Assembly (NCBI GenBank): GCA_048886685.1
Contig: JBHLKM010000017.1
Span: forward strand, 36,407 to 100,406
DNA: 64,000 bases
Direction of reading: 5' to 3'
Source: Candidatus Hodarchaeota archaeon
Lineage (GTDB): Archaea; Asgardarchaeota; Lokiarchaeia; Sigyniarchaeales; SOKP01
A model generated the notes under the pieces. That model ran no database searches. It was not told the origin of the DNA and was given only the letters and a program-made list of their open reading frames with translations. Made by a program: the position numbers and the translations under genes. How positions within the stretch are numbered: the first letter of the stretch is position 1; each line of letters begins with the position of its first letter. This document shows, one piece after another, positions 30,116 to 40,469 of the stretch.

Positions 30116-32038
30116 TTAAATTTTTTTTATCCTTTTTAATGATAATTCTGCTAGCTTATTATATTGAGGATCATAAAGATGACATGCCACAAAATAATTA
30201 GGTTCAACTTCAATTGTTTGTGGTATATTTGTATCACAAGGTTCAAAACAATATTCACATCTTGGGTGGAACCTGCATCCAGATGGAGGATAAATAAGGT
30301 TAGGAACATTCCCAGAAATAATAGCTAGTCTTTCTTTCTTTTTTCCTACAACAGGTACCGAGGTGATAAGTCCGTTCGTGTAGGGATGATATGGATTTAC
30401 GAACAACTTACTTATTTTTCCATACTCAACTATCGTTCCGCTATACATTACTGCCACCCTATCGCACATTTTCGAAATAATTCCTAAATCGTGAGTAATA
30501 AAAAGGATTGAAGTATTATATTTACTCTTTAAGTCTTTCATTAATTTAAGAATTTGATTTTGAACAGTTACGTCTAATGCAGTTGTAGGTTCATCTGCTA
30601 TGAGAAGTTTAGGACTACAAGCTAAAGCCATTGCTATCTGAATTCTTTGCCTCATACCCCCACTCAATTCATGAGGATATCTGTCAAAAACTAATTCTGG
30701 GGCAGGAATATTCAATTCTCTTAAAAGTTGTTGACTCCATTCTCGTGCTATACTAAAAATACTTTTATCGTAGCTTTTTGAGGCTTCAACTAATAACTCA
30801 TTTCTTTTATGGAGAAGATAAACTTCTGATATTTGGTTTCCTACTTTAAAGACAGGATTAAGAGAATTTAATGGATCTTGAAAAATCATAGTGATATCTT
30901 TGCCCCTAAAGGGTAAAATTTCAATTTTCTTTTTTATTAAATCATTATTCAGAAATTTAACTTCTCCCCTTACAATTTCACCAGGAGGAAGAATCAATTG
31001 TAGGATAGATAAAGCAGTAACCGATTTACCACATCCAGTCTCTCCAACAAGTCCAAGAACTTCACCTTCATAAATTTTAAAAGAGATTCCTTCTACAGCT
31101 CGTACAATCCCTTCTTCCGTATAAAAGTAGGTTGTAAGATCGTTTACGTCTAAAATAATTGTTCCATTTTTGAATTCTTGAATTTTTTTGTCAGCTAATA
31201 GTTTTTCTGCTAATTGAATTTCTTTAATACTTTTTGAAGCAACATCAGGTCCGAACTTCAATTTTAATGAAATAAAGAAGGATAAAGTGTAAATAATTGT
31301 GATCACAATTGTCAAAATTCGAATGTCTTGTTTGTATAGAGTCAATTTATAGTATCTCATAAGATACAATTCAAAAATAATTAGCTGAATTGACCAAACA
31401 GAGAAAGAGACAATCCCTGCTACAATCATAGAATTATTAAGCTCTTCACTTGAAAGTCTTTTTTCAATAGGCAAGGATCTATTAATTAAGTAAGTAATTG
31501 CGATATCAATCATAACAGTAAAAAAAGCCCATTCAAAACCAAGTAAAAAAACGTCATAATCTGGGCTTAACATATCGGGTGGAATCAAATGTCCTATTTC
31601 AATATTTAAAATGTCGATTGAGAGGAACACTAAAGCAATAACCCATGACACTCCCGTTATTATTACAGCTCTTTTAATGTAATTCTTATTTCGCGCTTTT
31701 ATTCCTTCTAAAGAATGATTCTTACAAATTTTCTCAAAGAATATCTTATATATTGGAAAAAAGAGAGTAACCATAATTGCATAAAACAGAAATCCTATTT
31801 GTTCGAAAGATTTGGACACTCCAGAGCCAAATTTTTGAAAATTCTCAAATATAAAACCTAAATACCCTAATGTATATCTAAGAGTTAAAACTAATCCGAT
31901 AACGATACCGCTGCTTACTGCGAAAATTGCATTTTTTTCCTTTATCGAAATTTGATTTTCTTTTATAAGTGGTTTGTTAATGAATTTACTAATAAAAAAT
32001 ACTATAACCATAGAAAATATTGTCTCAAATAATATCAT
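30116..32038 (-). CDS. OppD/DppD-like ABC ATPase fused to an N-terminal polytopic membrane domain
   Basis: GETGCGKS, LSGGMRQR, ADEPTTALD, HPYT, GCRFHPRC; about 290-aa hydrophobic N-terminus. ATG 32038 avoids the overlap with oppC. Confidence 0.88.
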   Translation of the reverse strand: MILFETIFSMVIVFFISKFINKPLIKENQISIKEKNAIFAVSSGIVIGLVLTLRYTLGYLGFIFENFQKFGSGVSKSFEQIGFLFYAIMVTLFFPIYKIFFEKICKNHSLEGIKARNKNYIKRAVIITGVSWVIALVFLSIDILNIEIGHLIPPDMLSPDYDVFLLGFEWAFFTVMIDIAITYLINRSLPIEKRLSSEELNNSMIVAGIVSFSVWSIQLIIFELYLMRYYKLTLYKQDIRILTIVITIIYTLSFFISLKLKFGPDVASKSIKEIQLAEKLLADKKIQEFKNGTIILDVNDLTTYFYTEEGIVRAVEGISFKIYEGEVLGLVGETGCGKSVTALSILQLILPPGEIVRGEVKFLNNDLIKKKIEILPFRGKDITMIFQDPLNSLNPVFKVGNQISEVYLLHKRNELLVEASKSYDKSIFSIAREWSQQLLRELNIPAPELVFDRYPHELSGGMRQRIQIAMALACSPKLLIADEPTTALDVTVQNQILKLMKDLKSKYNTSILFITHDLGIISKMCDRVAVMYSGTIVEYGKISKLFVNPYHPYTNGLITSVPVVGKKKERLAIISGNVPNLIYPPSGCRFHPRCEYCFEPCDTNIPQTIEVEPNYFVACHLYDPQYNKLAELSLKRIKKI

Positions 32039-32084
32039 TACATAATTTACATAATATCCAAACTGAAATAATAAACCTAAGATT

Positions 32085-33083
32085 TTATAGCACCTTCTTT
32101 GTTGCAATACGTAATCTTGGATCCAATGCGTCTCTTAATCCATCACCAATTAACATAAATGCCATAACTGTAATTAATATGAATAGTCCTGGCCAAAAGG
32201 CGGCGTAATAGTGAGAAAATTTAGTTCTTGCATAATTTATATCTGTACCCCAATCAGGTAAGCTTTGGTCTCCAAAACCTAAAAAAGCGATTGAAGTAAA
32301 ACCTAGAATTGCTGCTCCGACTCCACCAAAAAAATTAATAATAATTGGAGATATTGCATTTGGAATTATATGCTTGAACATAATTTTAAAATTTTTAGCA
32401 CCTCCAGTTTGGGCGGCTTCAATATAAATGTTTTGTTTAACTTGGAATACTGATGATCTCATTAGTCTAGCAAAACCTGGAATTGAAAGAAGACCAAACA
32501 AGGCGAGCATAATTTCTAGTTGTTCTCCAATCATTTGGGTAAAAAGAATAAGAAGAATCAAAGCTGGAAAAATCATTATTAAATCAGCAATTCTCATGAT
32601 AACCGCATCCACTCGTCTTCCAAAGTAAGCTGAAATTGTTCCTACGATGATCCCACCAGTTACACCAATAATGATTGTAGCAGTTCCAAACATTAGCGCT
32701 GTCCTACATCCCCAAATTAATCTTCCTAATATATCATAAGCATATGCAGTAGTACCTAATGGATGATCACTTGTAGGTTCTGCAAAAGATTCACCTCCAG
32801 AAAGTCCTCGATCTGTTAATAGATCTACAGTATACTTAGTAAGCCATGGAGCATATATTGCACAAAAAGTAATGAATAATAATAAGAAAATCCCTACAAT
32901 TGTCAAAGGTTTAACTAAACGCCTAAATAATCTTCGTTTAGACTGTATCTTTCCTATCTGATATTCAATGATAGTAAACTCTGGATCACGCCAACCAGGA
33001 ACTAAGAAGAATTTTAAATATCTAATTAATTTCCTTTCTTGACTTTTTATAGAGTTACTTTTTTGTATTTCTCTAAGATTCAT
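32085..33083 (-). CDS. Oligopeptide/dipeptide ABC permease OppC/DppC
   Basis: HPLGT...YDILGRL, EAA loop YIEAAQTGGA, HIIPN, GDGLRDALDPR. Confidence 0.92.
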   Translation of the reverse strand: MNLREIQKSNSIKSQERKLIRYLKFFLVPGWRDPEFTIIEYQIGKIQSKRRLFRRLVKPLTIVGIFLLLFITFCAIYAPWLTKYTVDLLTDRGLSGGESFAEPTSDHPLGTTAYAYDILGRLIWGCRTALMFGTATIIIGVTGGIIVGTISAYFGRRVDAVIMRIADLIMIFPALILLILFTQMIGEQLEIMLALFGLLSIPGFARLMRSSVFQVKQNIYIEAAQTGGAKNFKIMFKHIIPNAISPIIINFFGGVGAAILGFTSIAFLGFGDQSLPDWGTDINYARTKFSHYYAAFWPGLFILITVMAFMLIGDGLRDALDPRLRIATKKVL

Positions 33084-33116
33084 TTGGCTCAGTTTTATAC
33101 CTTGAGTTTTTTCTTA

Positions 33117-34181
33117 TCAATAAGTAATTCTTGGATCAATAATCGTATACATCACATCAGCAATTAAAGTACCGCTAAGAATAATAAGAGCAGTAAATAC
33201 TAATATTCCATTAATTAAAAGATAATCTCCTAACCGAATTGCTGTAACCATAAAGAATCCCATACCGGTATAACTGAAAGCTATTTCTAAAAAAAGAGCT
33301 CCAGTTAATCTAGCAGCAGTGCCTCCTATAATGAGATTGCTTGTAGGGATCAGGGCATTTCGAAGTGCATGTTTATTAATAACAGTGTTCTCTAAGCATC
33401 CCTTTGCTCGTGCTGTCCTAATATAATCTTGTTCTAATACATCTAACATACTTGCTCTTGTTTGTCTTGTAATACCTGCTAGTGAAACAAAAGTCATACA
33501 AATCATTGGTAGAATTAAATGTAAAAGAGTATCTTGTATGAGGGCTTGATCGTTAAATAAATATCCATCAATTAATCGAAAACCAGTGTGAAACGGCCAA
33601 GCAGGATCAGGATATTGGGAAAGTGTAACTGAATTTGGAAACATAATTTCAAGGTTAAATTCCCCATAAGTATAAATAGAGACATAATGTCCAACAAAGT
33701 ATTGGAGCATAGTAGCAAGCCAAAAAACAGGTATACATGTCCCTAATATGCCAATCCCTCGAATAATCGTGTCTTTAGCTTTATCTTTATTTTTTGCAGA
33801 AACAACTCCAAGTTTAACTCCTATAATTGGTATGATAAGTATTGGAATAATAACCAACTCAATTGTTTTAGGAAATATCTTTCCAATGATTTGTATCACA
33901 GGTTCATCCTCAGAAACTATATATGAGGTTCCCCAATCCCCTGTAAAGAAATTTTTAAGATAAATTAATAATTGTGTGAACAATGGTGAATCGTATCCCA
34001 TTCTTTTTCTTTCAGCTTCAATAATTGTTTGATCTGGTAAGAGACCTAATTTATTAAGAACCGGATCCCCGAACATTGCTCGCGACAAAATAAATGTTAT
34101 AACTAGAACTAAGAAGAGCATGGGAATCATAAATAAAACTCGCTTGATAATATATAATATCATATTCTTTGCTTGAGCCAT
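33117..34181 (-). CDS. Oligopeptide/dipeptide ABC permease OppB/DppB
   Basis: GDWGTS, HLILP, DYIRTARAKG, HALRNAL, IDPRI. Confidence 0.93.
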   Translation of the reverse strand: MAQAKNMILYIIKRVLFMIPMLFLVLVITFILSRAMFGDPVLNKLGLLPDQTIIEAERKRMGYDSPLFTQLLIYLKNFFTGDWGTSYIVSEDEPVIQIIGKIFPKTIELVIIPILIIPIIGVKLGVVSAKNKDKAKDTIIRGIGILGTCIPVFWLATMLQYFVGHYVSIYTYGEFNLEIMFPNSVTLSQYPDPAWPFHTGFRLIDGYLFNDQALIQDTLLHLILPMICMTFVSLAGITRQTRASMLDVLEQDYIRTARAKGCLENTVINKHALRNALIPTSNLIIGGTAARLTGALFLEIAFSYTGMGFFMVTAIRLGDYLLINGILVFTALIILSGTLIADVMYTIIDPRITY

Positions 34182-34371
34182 TAATAAACACGATGTATTA
34201 ATTCAATCAATCTCAAATATATAAAAGTAAAGTTAACCTTTATTTTAACCTAACTATTAATTTAGTTTGTTTGTTGAAAGATTTAAATACAACAAAAACA
34301 TAACCAATATCAACTTAACTATTTCAAAATTTATCTAAAATCTAATATTTAGTAAATAAAGGGAAAAAAAA

Positions 34372-36462
34372 ATGAAAAGGCTTATAAAAAATTTAATTTT
34401 AATTATTCTTTTTATGTCTCTTTTATCTCCTATTATCTCGGGTTTTACCAGCTCAAATTATCCTAATATGGCTCAAGAAACCTCAAAAAGCTTTGTTTGT
34501 GGAACGGTGTTTGGTGGAGGTGATTGGGATCCACCTATATATATCTCTACGCCAAATAACTACTACCTTCAGAATTGTCTTGAAAGTCTTGTCTGGACAG
34601 ATTTTGATGGTGATTCCCACCCTGTACTAGCAACAAATTGGACAATTTACCCAAGACCTGACGAAGGAGGCCATACCGGGGGAGTCAAAGCGATAGCATT
34701 TTCATTGAGACAAGGTGTTGAATTCCATGATGGCTCAGAATGGAATGCAACCGTAGCAGAATGGAACCTTGATAGAAATACTATTATCTCTGGAAATTTG
34801 AGTGGCAAAGGGGATCGTCAAAATCAGGATCTATTTTGGTTCGATGCTTCACAATGGGATGGTGAATTTACTCCAAATTGGGATCTGTCTTGGTATAAAT
34901 ATGATCTTTTTGGATTGGGTACTGAAATTCCAATTATTAATCAAACTGAAATAATAAATCCTTATTTAATCAATATTACGTTTAATACATGGACTAATGG
35001 TCTCGGCTACTTTGAGGGGGCTACTTTTTATATGATTTCAATGGAATCTTATAGTGATTGGTACGATACTCCCATTTACGGTATTGGTGAACATCCCGAA
35101 TTTCCTCAGAATAACCCAGCCATTTTCCCCGGACATATGATTGGTACAGGTCCCTATATATTTGATTTCATTGATGAGGCAGTAACTGCAACAGGACATG
35201 TGATTAAAAATGATAATTATTGGAATAATACTGCTCTTGAAGCTAATGAACTGCATTCTATTTCAGATGTATACATTCGTCATTATGCGGATTTCGAATC
35301 ACGAACTACTGCAATACTAACAGGGGAAATTGATTATATCGCCGATCTAGCACAAATACCGATTACTGATCACGAAGCTATAATCGAGGATCCTTTACTT
35401 GATTATGTTCCAGTATATCTTGATCCTGGTATTGTTGATATCACATTCAAATGCGAGGAAGGTCTTAATAAACCATGCTATAATCTTACTGGAGACATGG
35501 CGTGGGCAAATGGTTTAACTCCTAAAGAAATCTTTGAGGTTCAAACAGGATTCACACTACCTGATGGGGTTAACCGAACAGTAAGACGGGCGCTTTCATA
35601 CTCATTTGATTATGATACATTTTTTAATGTTGTTCAGGGAGGTTGGGGAAATCTTACACATAGTTGTCTTGGATTAGAAAGCATATATTATAATCCTAGT
35701 ATACCTGAACCTTATTATAATGTTACGAGAGCACGAGAGATTCTCCTTAGTGATCCTTATTATGCAGGAGAAGCCGCAAAGAGAGGATTAAGTTTAGTTA
35801 ATAGCACAACAGAATGGCGTTCAATTGCTAGTTCGGATCCTATTGGCACACATAATATGATATATACTATTGGGTCAGAAATGCCTGTTTATATGCAGGC
35901 CGCACTCAATGACATTGGATTCTCATTTATTGGCTATTCAGATCCAGATATTTGGCAAAATCAAGTAGCTACTGGTGGTGCTATTCTGTATGATATGTTT
36001 CCATTCCTATGGCCGAATAGTGCTACTAACCCGTGGCCTTTAATGAATGCATTTTTTACATCTAATAATAGAGTTATACCATATTATGGATACAATTTTG
36101 CTTTTTTGGCTAATGACACTATTGATAATTTATTTACTCAGATATTCTTTTCAGAAGACCCACAACCACTATTTGATCAATTAGCTAATGATCTCCAGAA
36201 TTACCATGTTCCATTCCTTTATTTATCCCAATATCAGCAAGGATTTGGAATTAATATTGGATGGCATTTCACAGAGTTAATGCCGGAGCGAATAGGTTTT
36301 AGTGGACTTCCCTATTATGCCTGGATTGGAGGAGAAAGGATCACTACAACAGAGCCACCTTTTATTCCTGGATACGATGTAACTTTTATTGTTTTCATTT
36401 CTATAATAGCTATCTTTAGTACAATTTATGTAATGATGAAAAAGAAAGGAAAATTCCAATAA
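34372..36462 (+). CDS. Family-5 ABC substrate-binding protein with Loki-CTERM-type anchor
   Basis: Signal peptide, LRQGVEFHDG..WNA, IGTGPY, VRRALSYSFDY; C-terminal IPGYD + TM + KKK. Confidence 0.88.
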   Translation: MKRLIKNLILIILFMSLLSPIISGFTSSNYPNMAQETSKSFVCGTVFGGGDWDPPIYISTPNNYYLQNCLESLVWTDFDGDSHPVLATNWTIYPRPDEGGHTGGVKAIAFSLRQGVEFHDGSEWNATVAEWNLDRNTIISGNLSGKGDRQNQDLFWFDASQWDGEFTPNWDLSWYKYDLFGLGTEIPIINQTEIINPYLINITFNTWTNGLGYFEGATFYMISMESYSDWYDTPIYGIGEHPEFPQNNPAIFPGHMIGTGPYIFDFIDEAVTATGHVIKNDNYWNNTALEANELHSISDVYIRHYADFESRTTAILTGEIDYIADLAQIPITDHEAIIEDPLLDYVPVYLDPGIVDITFKCEEGLNKPCYNLTGDMAWANGLTPKEIFEVQTGFTLPDGVNRTVRRALSYSFDYDTFFNVVQGGWGNLTHSCLGLESIYYNPSIPEPYYNVTRAREILLSDPYYAGEAAKRGLSLVNSTTEWRSIASSDPIGTHNMIYTIGSEMPVYMQAALNDIGFSFIGYSDPDIWQNQVATGGAILYDMFPFLWPNSATNPWPLMNAFFTSNNRVIPYYGYNFAFLANDTIDNLFTQIFFSEDPQPLFDQLANDLQNYHVPFLYLSQYQQGFGINIGWHFTELMPERIGFSGLPYYAWIGGERITTTEPPFIPGYDVTFIVFISIIAIFSTIYVMMKKKGKFQ

Positions 36463-36596
36463 TCACAATTAATTACTTTTTTTTAAATTTCTTGCAAGGA
36501 ATCTTATGATGAAATTTTATTTGTTAGATTTATATATAATGAGATTTAATTTATCACAACATCTTCTTAATAAATCAATAAAAAGGTTGATAAAAT

Positions 36597-37787
36597 TTGA
36601 AAAAAACAAAAGCTTTATGCCTAATAATCATTGGATTGCTACTCTTTCTTCCATTTATTAGAAACTCTAAAGCACAAGGTGCTTATGTTGGAATACAAGA
36701 GGATGATATTTATGTATTGGAACTCAGTGTATATCCAGGAAATTGGGGAACATACTTTTTGGATAATTTGGAAGATACTTTGGGTAACCTCGTTCCATTA
36801 GGACCAGATTATAATTTAACTCTAATTTATTATCAGTGGGTTATAGTCACTAGTTATCCACCACCGCAATCTCGTTGGCCTTTAACTGTTAACACTATAG
36901 GTACTGAAGAAACTGGAGATGCACTATCTATTTATGGGGATAACACGACAATCACATATACACCTGTTAATGGAACATTAGGATGGAACCTTGTCGCACT
37001 CCCACCAATAGGTGATGAATATGATTTTTCTTGGGTTATAGTGAACGATACATCAAATTTCTTACGACAGACATTAAATTTGACTCTTGCATTTAGTGCT
37101 TATAGCATTCTGGGGGTTCCTTTTGCACCTACAACTATTAACTGGGCATCATTTGTTTCAGAATATCTTGGTGTTATGGGTGCTCTCGGAGGTCTTTATA
37201 ATAACATTTCGGCCACAGCACAGTCTAATGGATATTTATTAAACATACCAGCCTATGGATTTGAAAACAATAGTGTAGCAATTGATATAAACGTCACATA
37301 TAATTCTAACGGTGTTCTTACATATTATGAGTTTTCATATGGAGGACAAACACTTTGTTCCTATACGTTGGTGGAACCATCTGATCCAATTATAACAAGT
37401 AGTCCGGAAGATTTTACTGTTGAAGTCGGTTACACAGGTGAAAGTATTTCATGGACTGCAACGGATTTATACCCACAAACTTACACGATTGAACTTCAGG
37501 GTGGCGCAACAATGGGACCATTCGGATGGAGTAGTGGTGTAGCAATAACATATAACATTCCTGACGGTTTTACAGAAGGAAATTATACTTATGTAATTAC
37601 TTTTTCTGATCAGTATGGTAATTCTGCTACTGATTCAGTTGTTATGACTGTCGAAGCAGCAGAACCAAGTCCTCCCGCCGACATCCCTGGATATGACCTT
37701 CCAATTGTTATTAGTATTTCCACCATTGTCCTTATCAGTTTAATTGCCTTAATGAAAAAAAAAAGAAGTAAAAATATCATAATCTAA
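36597..37787 (+). CDS. Cell-surface glycoprotein with Ig-like segment and Loki-CTERM-type anchor
   Basis: Signal peptide, many NxT/S sequons, ISWTATD..P.TY...GNYTY.I.FSDQYGNSATDSV repeat-type domain, IPGYD-TM-KKKR tail. Confidence 0.8.
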   Translation: MKKTKALCLIIIGLLLFLPFIRNSKAQGAYVGIQEDDIYVLELSVYPGNWGTYFLDNLEDTLGNLVPLGPDYNLTLIYYQWVIVTSYPPPQSRWPLTVNTIGTEETGDALSIYGDNTTITYTPVNGTLGWNLVALPPIGDEYDFSWVIVNDTSNFLRQTLNLTLAFSAYSILGVPFAPTTINWASFVSEYLGVMGALGGLYNNISATAQSNGYLLNIPAYGFENNSVAIDINVTYNSNGVLTYYEFSYGGQTLCSYTLVEPSDPIITSSPEDFTVEVGYTGESISWTATDLYPQTYTIELQGGATMGPFGWSSGVAITYNIPDGFTEGNYTYVITFSDQYGNSATDSVVMTVEAAEPSPPADIPGYDLPIVISISTIVLISLIALMKKKRSKNIII

Positions 37788-37823
37788 ATTTTTTTTTTAT
37801 TTATTAATACAAATTAGAATCCT

Positions 37824-38642
37824 TTGAAAAGGAGAAATAAAATGGGTAACCGATTAAAGAAAAAAGTAGCCATAATTGTTGGAGCAGGTCAACAACCAGG
37901 AGATACTATAGGAAATGGGAGGGCTATGTCAATCCTATTTGCCCGTGAAGGAGCAAAAGTAATGTTGGTTGATAAAAATCTTGATGCAGCAAAAGAAACA
38001 AAATTAATAATAGATAAGGAGGGTGGAGAATCGTTCGTTTTTGAAGCGGATATTACCAAAGAGGATGATTGTCGTAAAATGGCTGAAAAATGCCTTGAAG
38101 TTTATAGTAGGATTGATATTTTGGTCAATAATGTTGGTATAGGCCGGGGAGACAGAAAGTTGGTCGACTTGAGTGAAGAAGCATGGGATAAAATTTTTGA
38201 TGTAAACTTAAAGGGAATGTTTTTTACATGTAAATATGTTTTACCAGTGATGGAGAAACAGGAAAGTGGTTCAATTGTAAACATTTCTTCTGTTGCAGCT
38301 GTCTGTGCTGTTAGATATGTAGCTTATAAAATTTCAAAATCAGCAGTTAATTCTTTAACTCATCAACTTGCTATGAAGTATGCCAAGAATGGTATCCGTG
38401 TGAATGCAATTATGCTTGGTTTAATGAATACCCCTATGGCTATTGAAGGTATTTCAAAAGCTATGGGGATAAAAAAGGAGGATTTAATAAAAATGAGAGA
38501 CAGTATGGTTCCTCTAAAAGGGGGAATGGGGAATGCATGGGACACAGCTTATGCTGCACTTTTCTTGGCATCAGATGAAGCAAAATTTATTACTTCAGTT
38601 ATACTCCCTGTAGATGGGGGTCAATGTGCAAAAATTGGGTGA
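37824..38642 (+). CDS. SDR-family NAD(P)-dependent oxidoreductase
   Basis: GAG...GNG, NNVG, NISS, YKISK, VDGG. Confidence 0.92.
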   Translation: MKRRNKMGNRLKKKVAIIVGAGQQPGDTIGNGRAMSILFAREGAKVMLVDKNLDAAKETKLIIDKEGGESFVFEADITKEDDCRKMAEKCLEVYSRIDILVNNVGIGRGDRKLVDLSEEAWDKIFDVNLKGMFFTCKYVLPVMEKQESGSIVNISSVAAVCAVRYVAYKISKSAVNSLTHQLAMKYAKNGIRVNAIMLGLMNTPMAIEGISKAMGIKKEDLIKMRDSMVPLKGGMGNAWDTAYAALFLASDEAKFITSVILPVDGGQCAKIG

Positions 38643-38893
38643 TTTTTTTTTAGACTTGAATCAAATGTAACCCCCTTTAAAAAATTATAGAAAAGATGGG
38701 GTCCAGTTATCAACAAAAGGATAAAATAATCAGAAGATATTCTGAGGACCTGCAATGAAAAAAACATATGATAATTGGACAAAAAGAGTTAGTACATGGG
38801 ACAAATATGTAGAGGAGAGAACAAGAAAAATACCTGAATAATTATAATGTTGGAAACCTAATTCATTTAGCATTTTTTATTATGAAAAGTATA

Positions 38894-40180
38894 TTACCAC
38901 AAAGTCATTGATTCAGCAAACAATTGCTTGAGATCCTCGGCACTTGCTGGTCTGGGAGATAACTTGGTTACACGGTGTTGTGGCAAGGTTCCCTGAACTA
39001 GGTCTTCGATATCACTTGGTCCATAACCAACAGCACTTAGACCATTAGGCATCCCCGTAGCTTTCATTATCCTAATAATTTCCGTCGCAAGAATTTCTCC
39101 AGCATCTTCTTTTTTTGTATTAGATATATCAACACCCATTAACTTTGCTGCAATTAAATGTAATTCTGGATTTGTTTTCGCAATGAATCGAAACACGGCA
39201 GGAGAGACAAGTACTACACACATACCATGTGGAATAATTGGGTGTTTTGATTGAAATCCTTCAGGAATGTATTCCTTTACCATCCCTGAAACGGGATAAG
39301 ACATTCCATGAGCTAAATGTACTCCTGCGTTCCCAAAACCGATACCTGCAAATGTAGATGCAAGAATCATCTCCGCTCGAGCTTCATCATCAGATGGATC
39401 TTGAACTACACGCACAATATTTTTTGAAACCATTTTAATTGCCTTAGATGCCCAAAGGTGGCTAATTGGGTTAGCACCCTGGTAAGCTGGGCGGAGTTCA
39501 GGACTTTCAGGAGCAGGGCGGCTGTTGTATGGAATAGCCGTAATTGATTCCAATGCATGACAAAGAACATCAAAACCACAAGAGGCAGCGGCAATCTTAG
39601 GAACAGTCCGAGTATTATTGGGATCTATAATTCCCATGATTGGTCGTAACATACGATGAGCAATACCAGTTTTCGTACGCATTGCTTCTAAATCGAAAAT
39701 TGCTACTCCTGTTGTTTCGCTCCCAGTCCCTGCTGTCGTTGGGATTGCAATCATCGGTTTCACTGGTCCTGGTACCGGAACTCCTCGACCAATAGGCTTA
39801 TTGACATAATCCAAAAAATCTGCAGGATAAGTTGAATATAAATTTGCTACTTTAGCAGTGTCCATACTTGAACCACCTCCTACTCCGATAAACCCATCAA
39901 ATTTACCCTCAGTAGCAAATTTAATCGCATCTTTAAAAGAATGATCAGTTGGTTCAACCCTAACTCGATCGAATAAGATAGCTTCAATATTTTCTTCTTG
40001 TAAGGCAGCAAGAGTGACTGACACAGGTTCACTATTAGTTAGATTTGGGTCTGTAACTATCATAATCCGTTTTGAACCAAGTTTCCTCATATCATATCCC
40101 ACTTCTTTGGTCACCCCTGGACCATATTTGATACTAGAGGTGTCCATCGTGAAAACAGTTTCAAATGACATAATTTTCAC
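38894..40180 (-). CDS. Hydroxyacid-oxoacid transhydrogenase (ADHFE1/HOT-like iron-containing ADH)
   Basis: GGGSSMD, PTTAGTGSE, DVLCHALES, RPAYQGANPIS, GVHLAHGMSYPV, PHG. Confidence 0.88.
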   Translation of the reverse strand: MKIMSFETVFTMDTSSIKYGPGVTKEVGYDMRKLGSKRIMIVTDPNLTNSEPVSVTLAALQEENIEAILFDRVRVEPTDHSFKDAIKFATEGKFDGFIGVGGGSSMDTAKVANLYSTYPADFLDYVNKPIGRGVPVPGPVKPMIAIPTTAGTGSETTGVAIFDLEAMRTKTGIAHRMLRPIMGIIDPNNTRTVPKIAAASCGFDVLCHALESITAIPYNSRPAPESPELRPAYQGANPISHLWASKAIKMVSKNIVRVVQDPSDDEARAEMILASTFAGIGFGNAGVHLAHGMSYPVSGMVKEYIPEGFQSKHPIIPHGMCVVLVSPAVFRFIAKTNPELHLIAAKLMGVDISNTKKEDAGEILATEIIRIMKATGMPNGLSAVGYGPSDIEDLVQGTLPQHRVTKLSPRPASAEDLKQLFAESMTLW

Positions 40181-40469
40181 TTCTCGAATTTTTTTTTATT
40201 ATTTTAAATTTTTAATAATATAAATTTATTATATTAACTTAATCCCATTCAATAAATCTACTACGTATTGAATCCACAAATTTTCCATTAATATGTTTTT
40301 TAAGAGATTCATTCTATTATCAAAATTTTCTAAATTAGATATTTTTAATTCATGTTTCAATATTAATTTATATCAAAACAGTATTCTTAAAAAAAATTGG
40401 AAATTTTATAAATTACTATTAATTGTTTTCTACTGTAATATCAATTTTATTAATAAAAGGGTAAATAAA

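Noticed and set aside
38755-38841. 28-aa ORF MKKTYDNWTKRVSTWDKYVEERTRKIPE between the SDR and HOT genes
   Set aside because: Looks like a gene remnant but is too short to assign or support.
40293-40469. 59-aa N-terminal extension of the aminotransferase
   Set aside because: AT-rich promoter-like sequence that is open by chance; family homology begins after ATG 40470.
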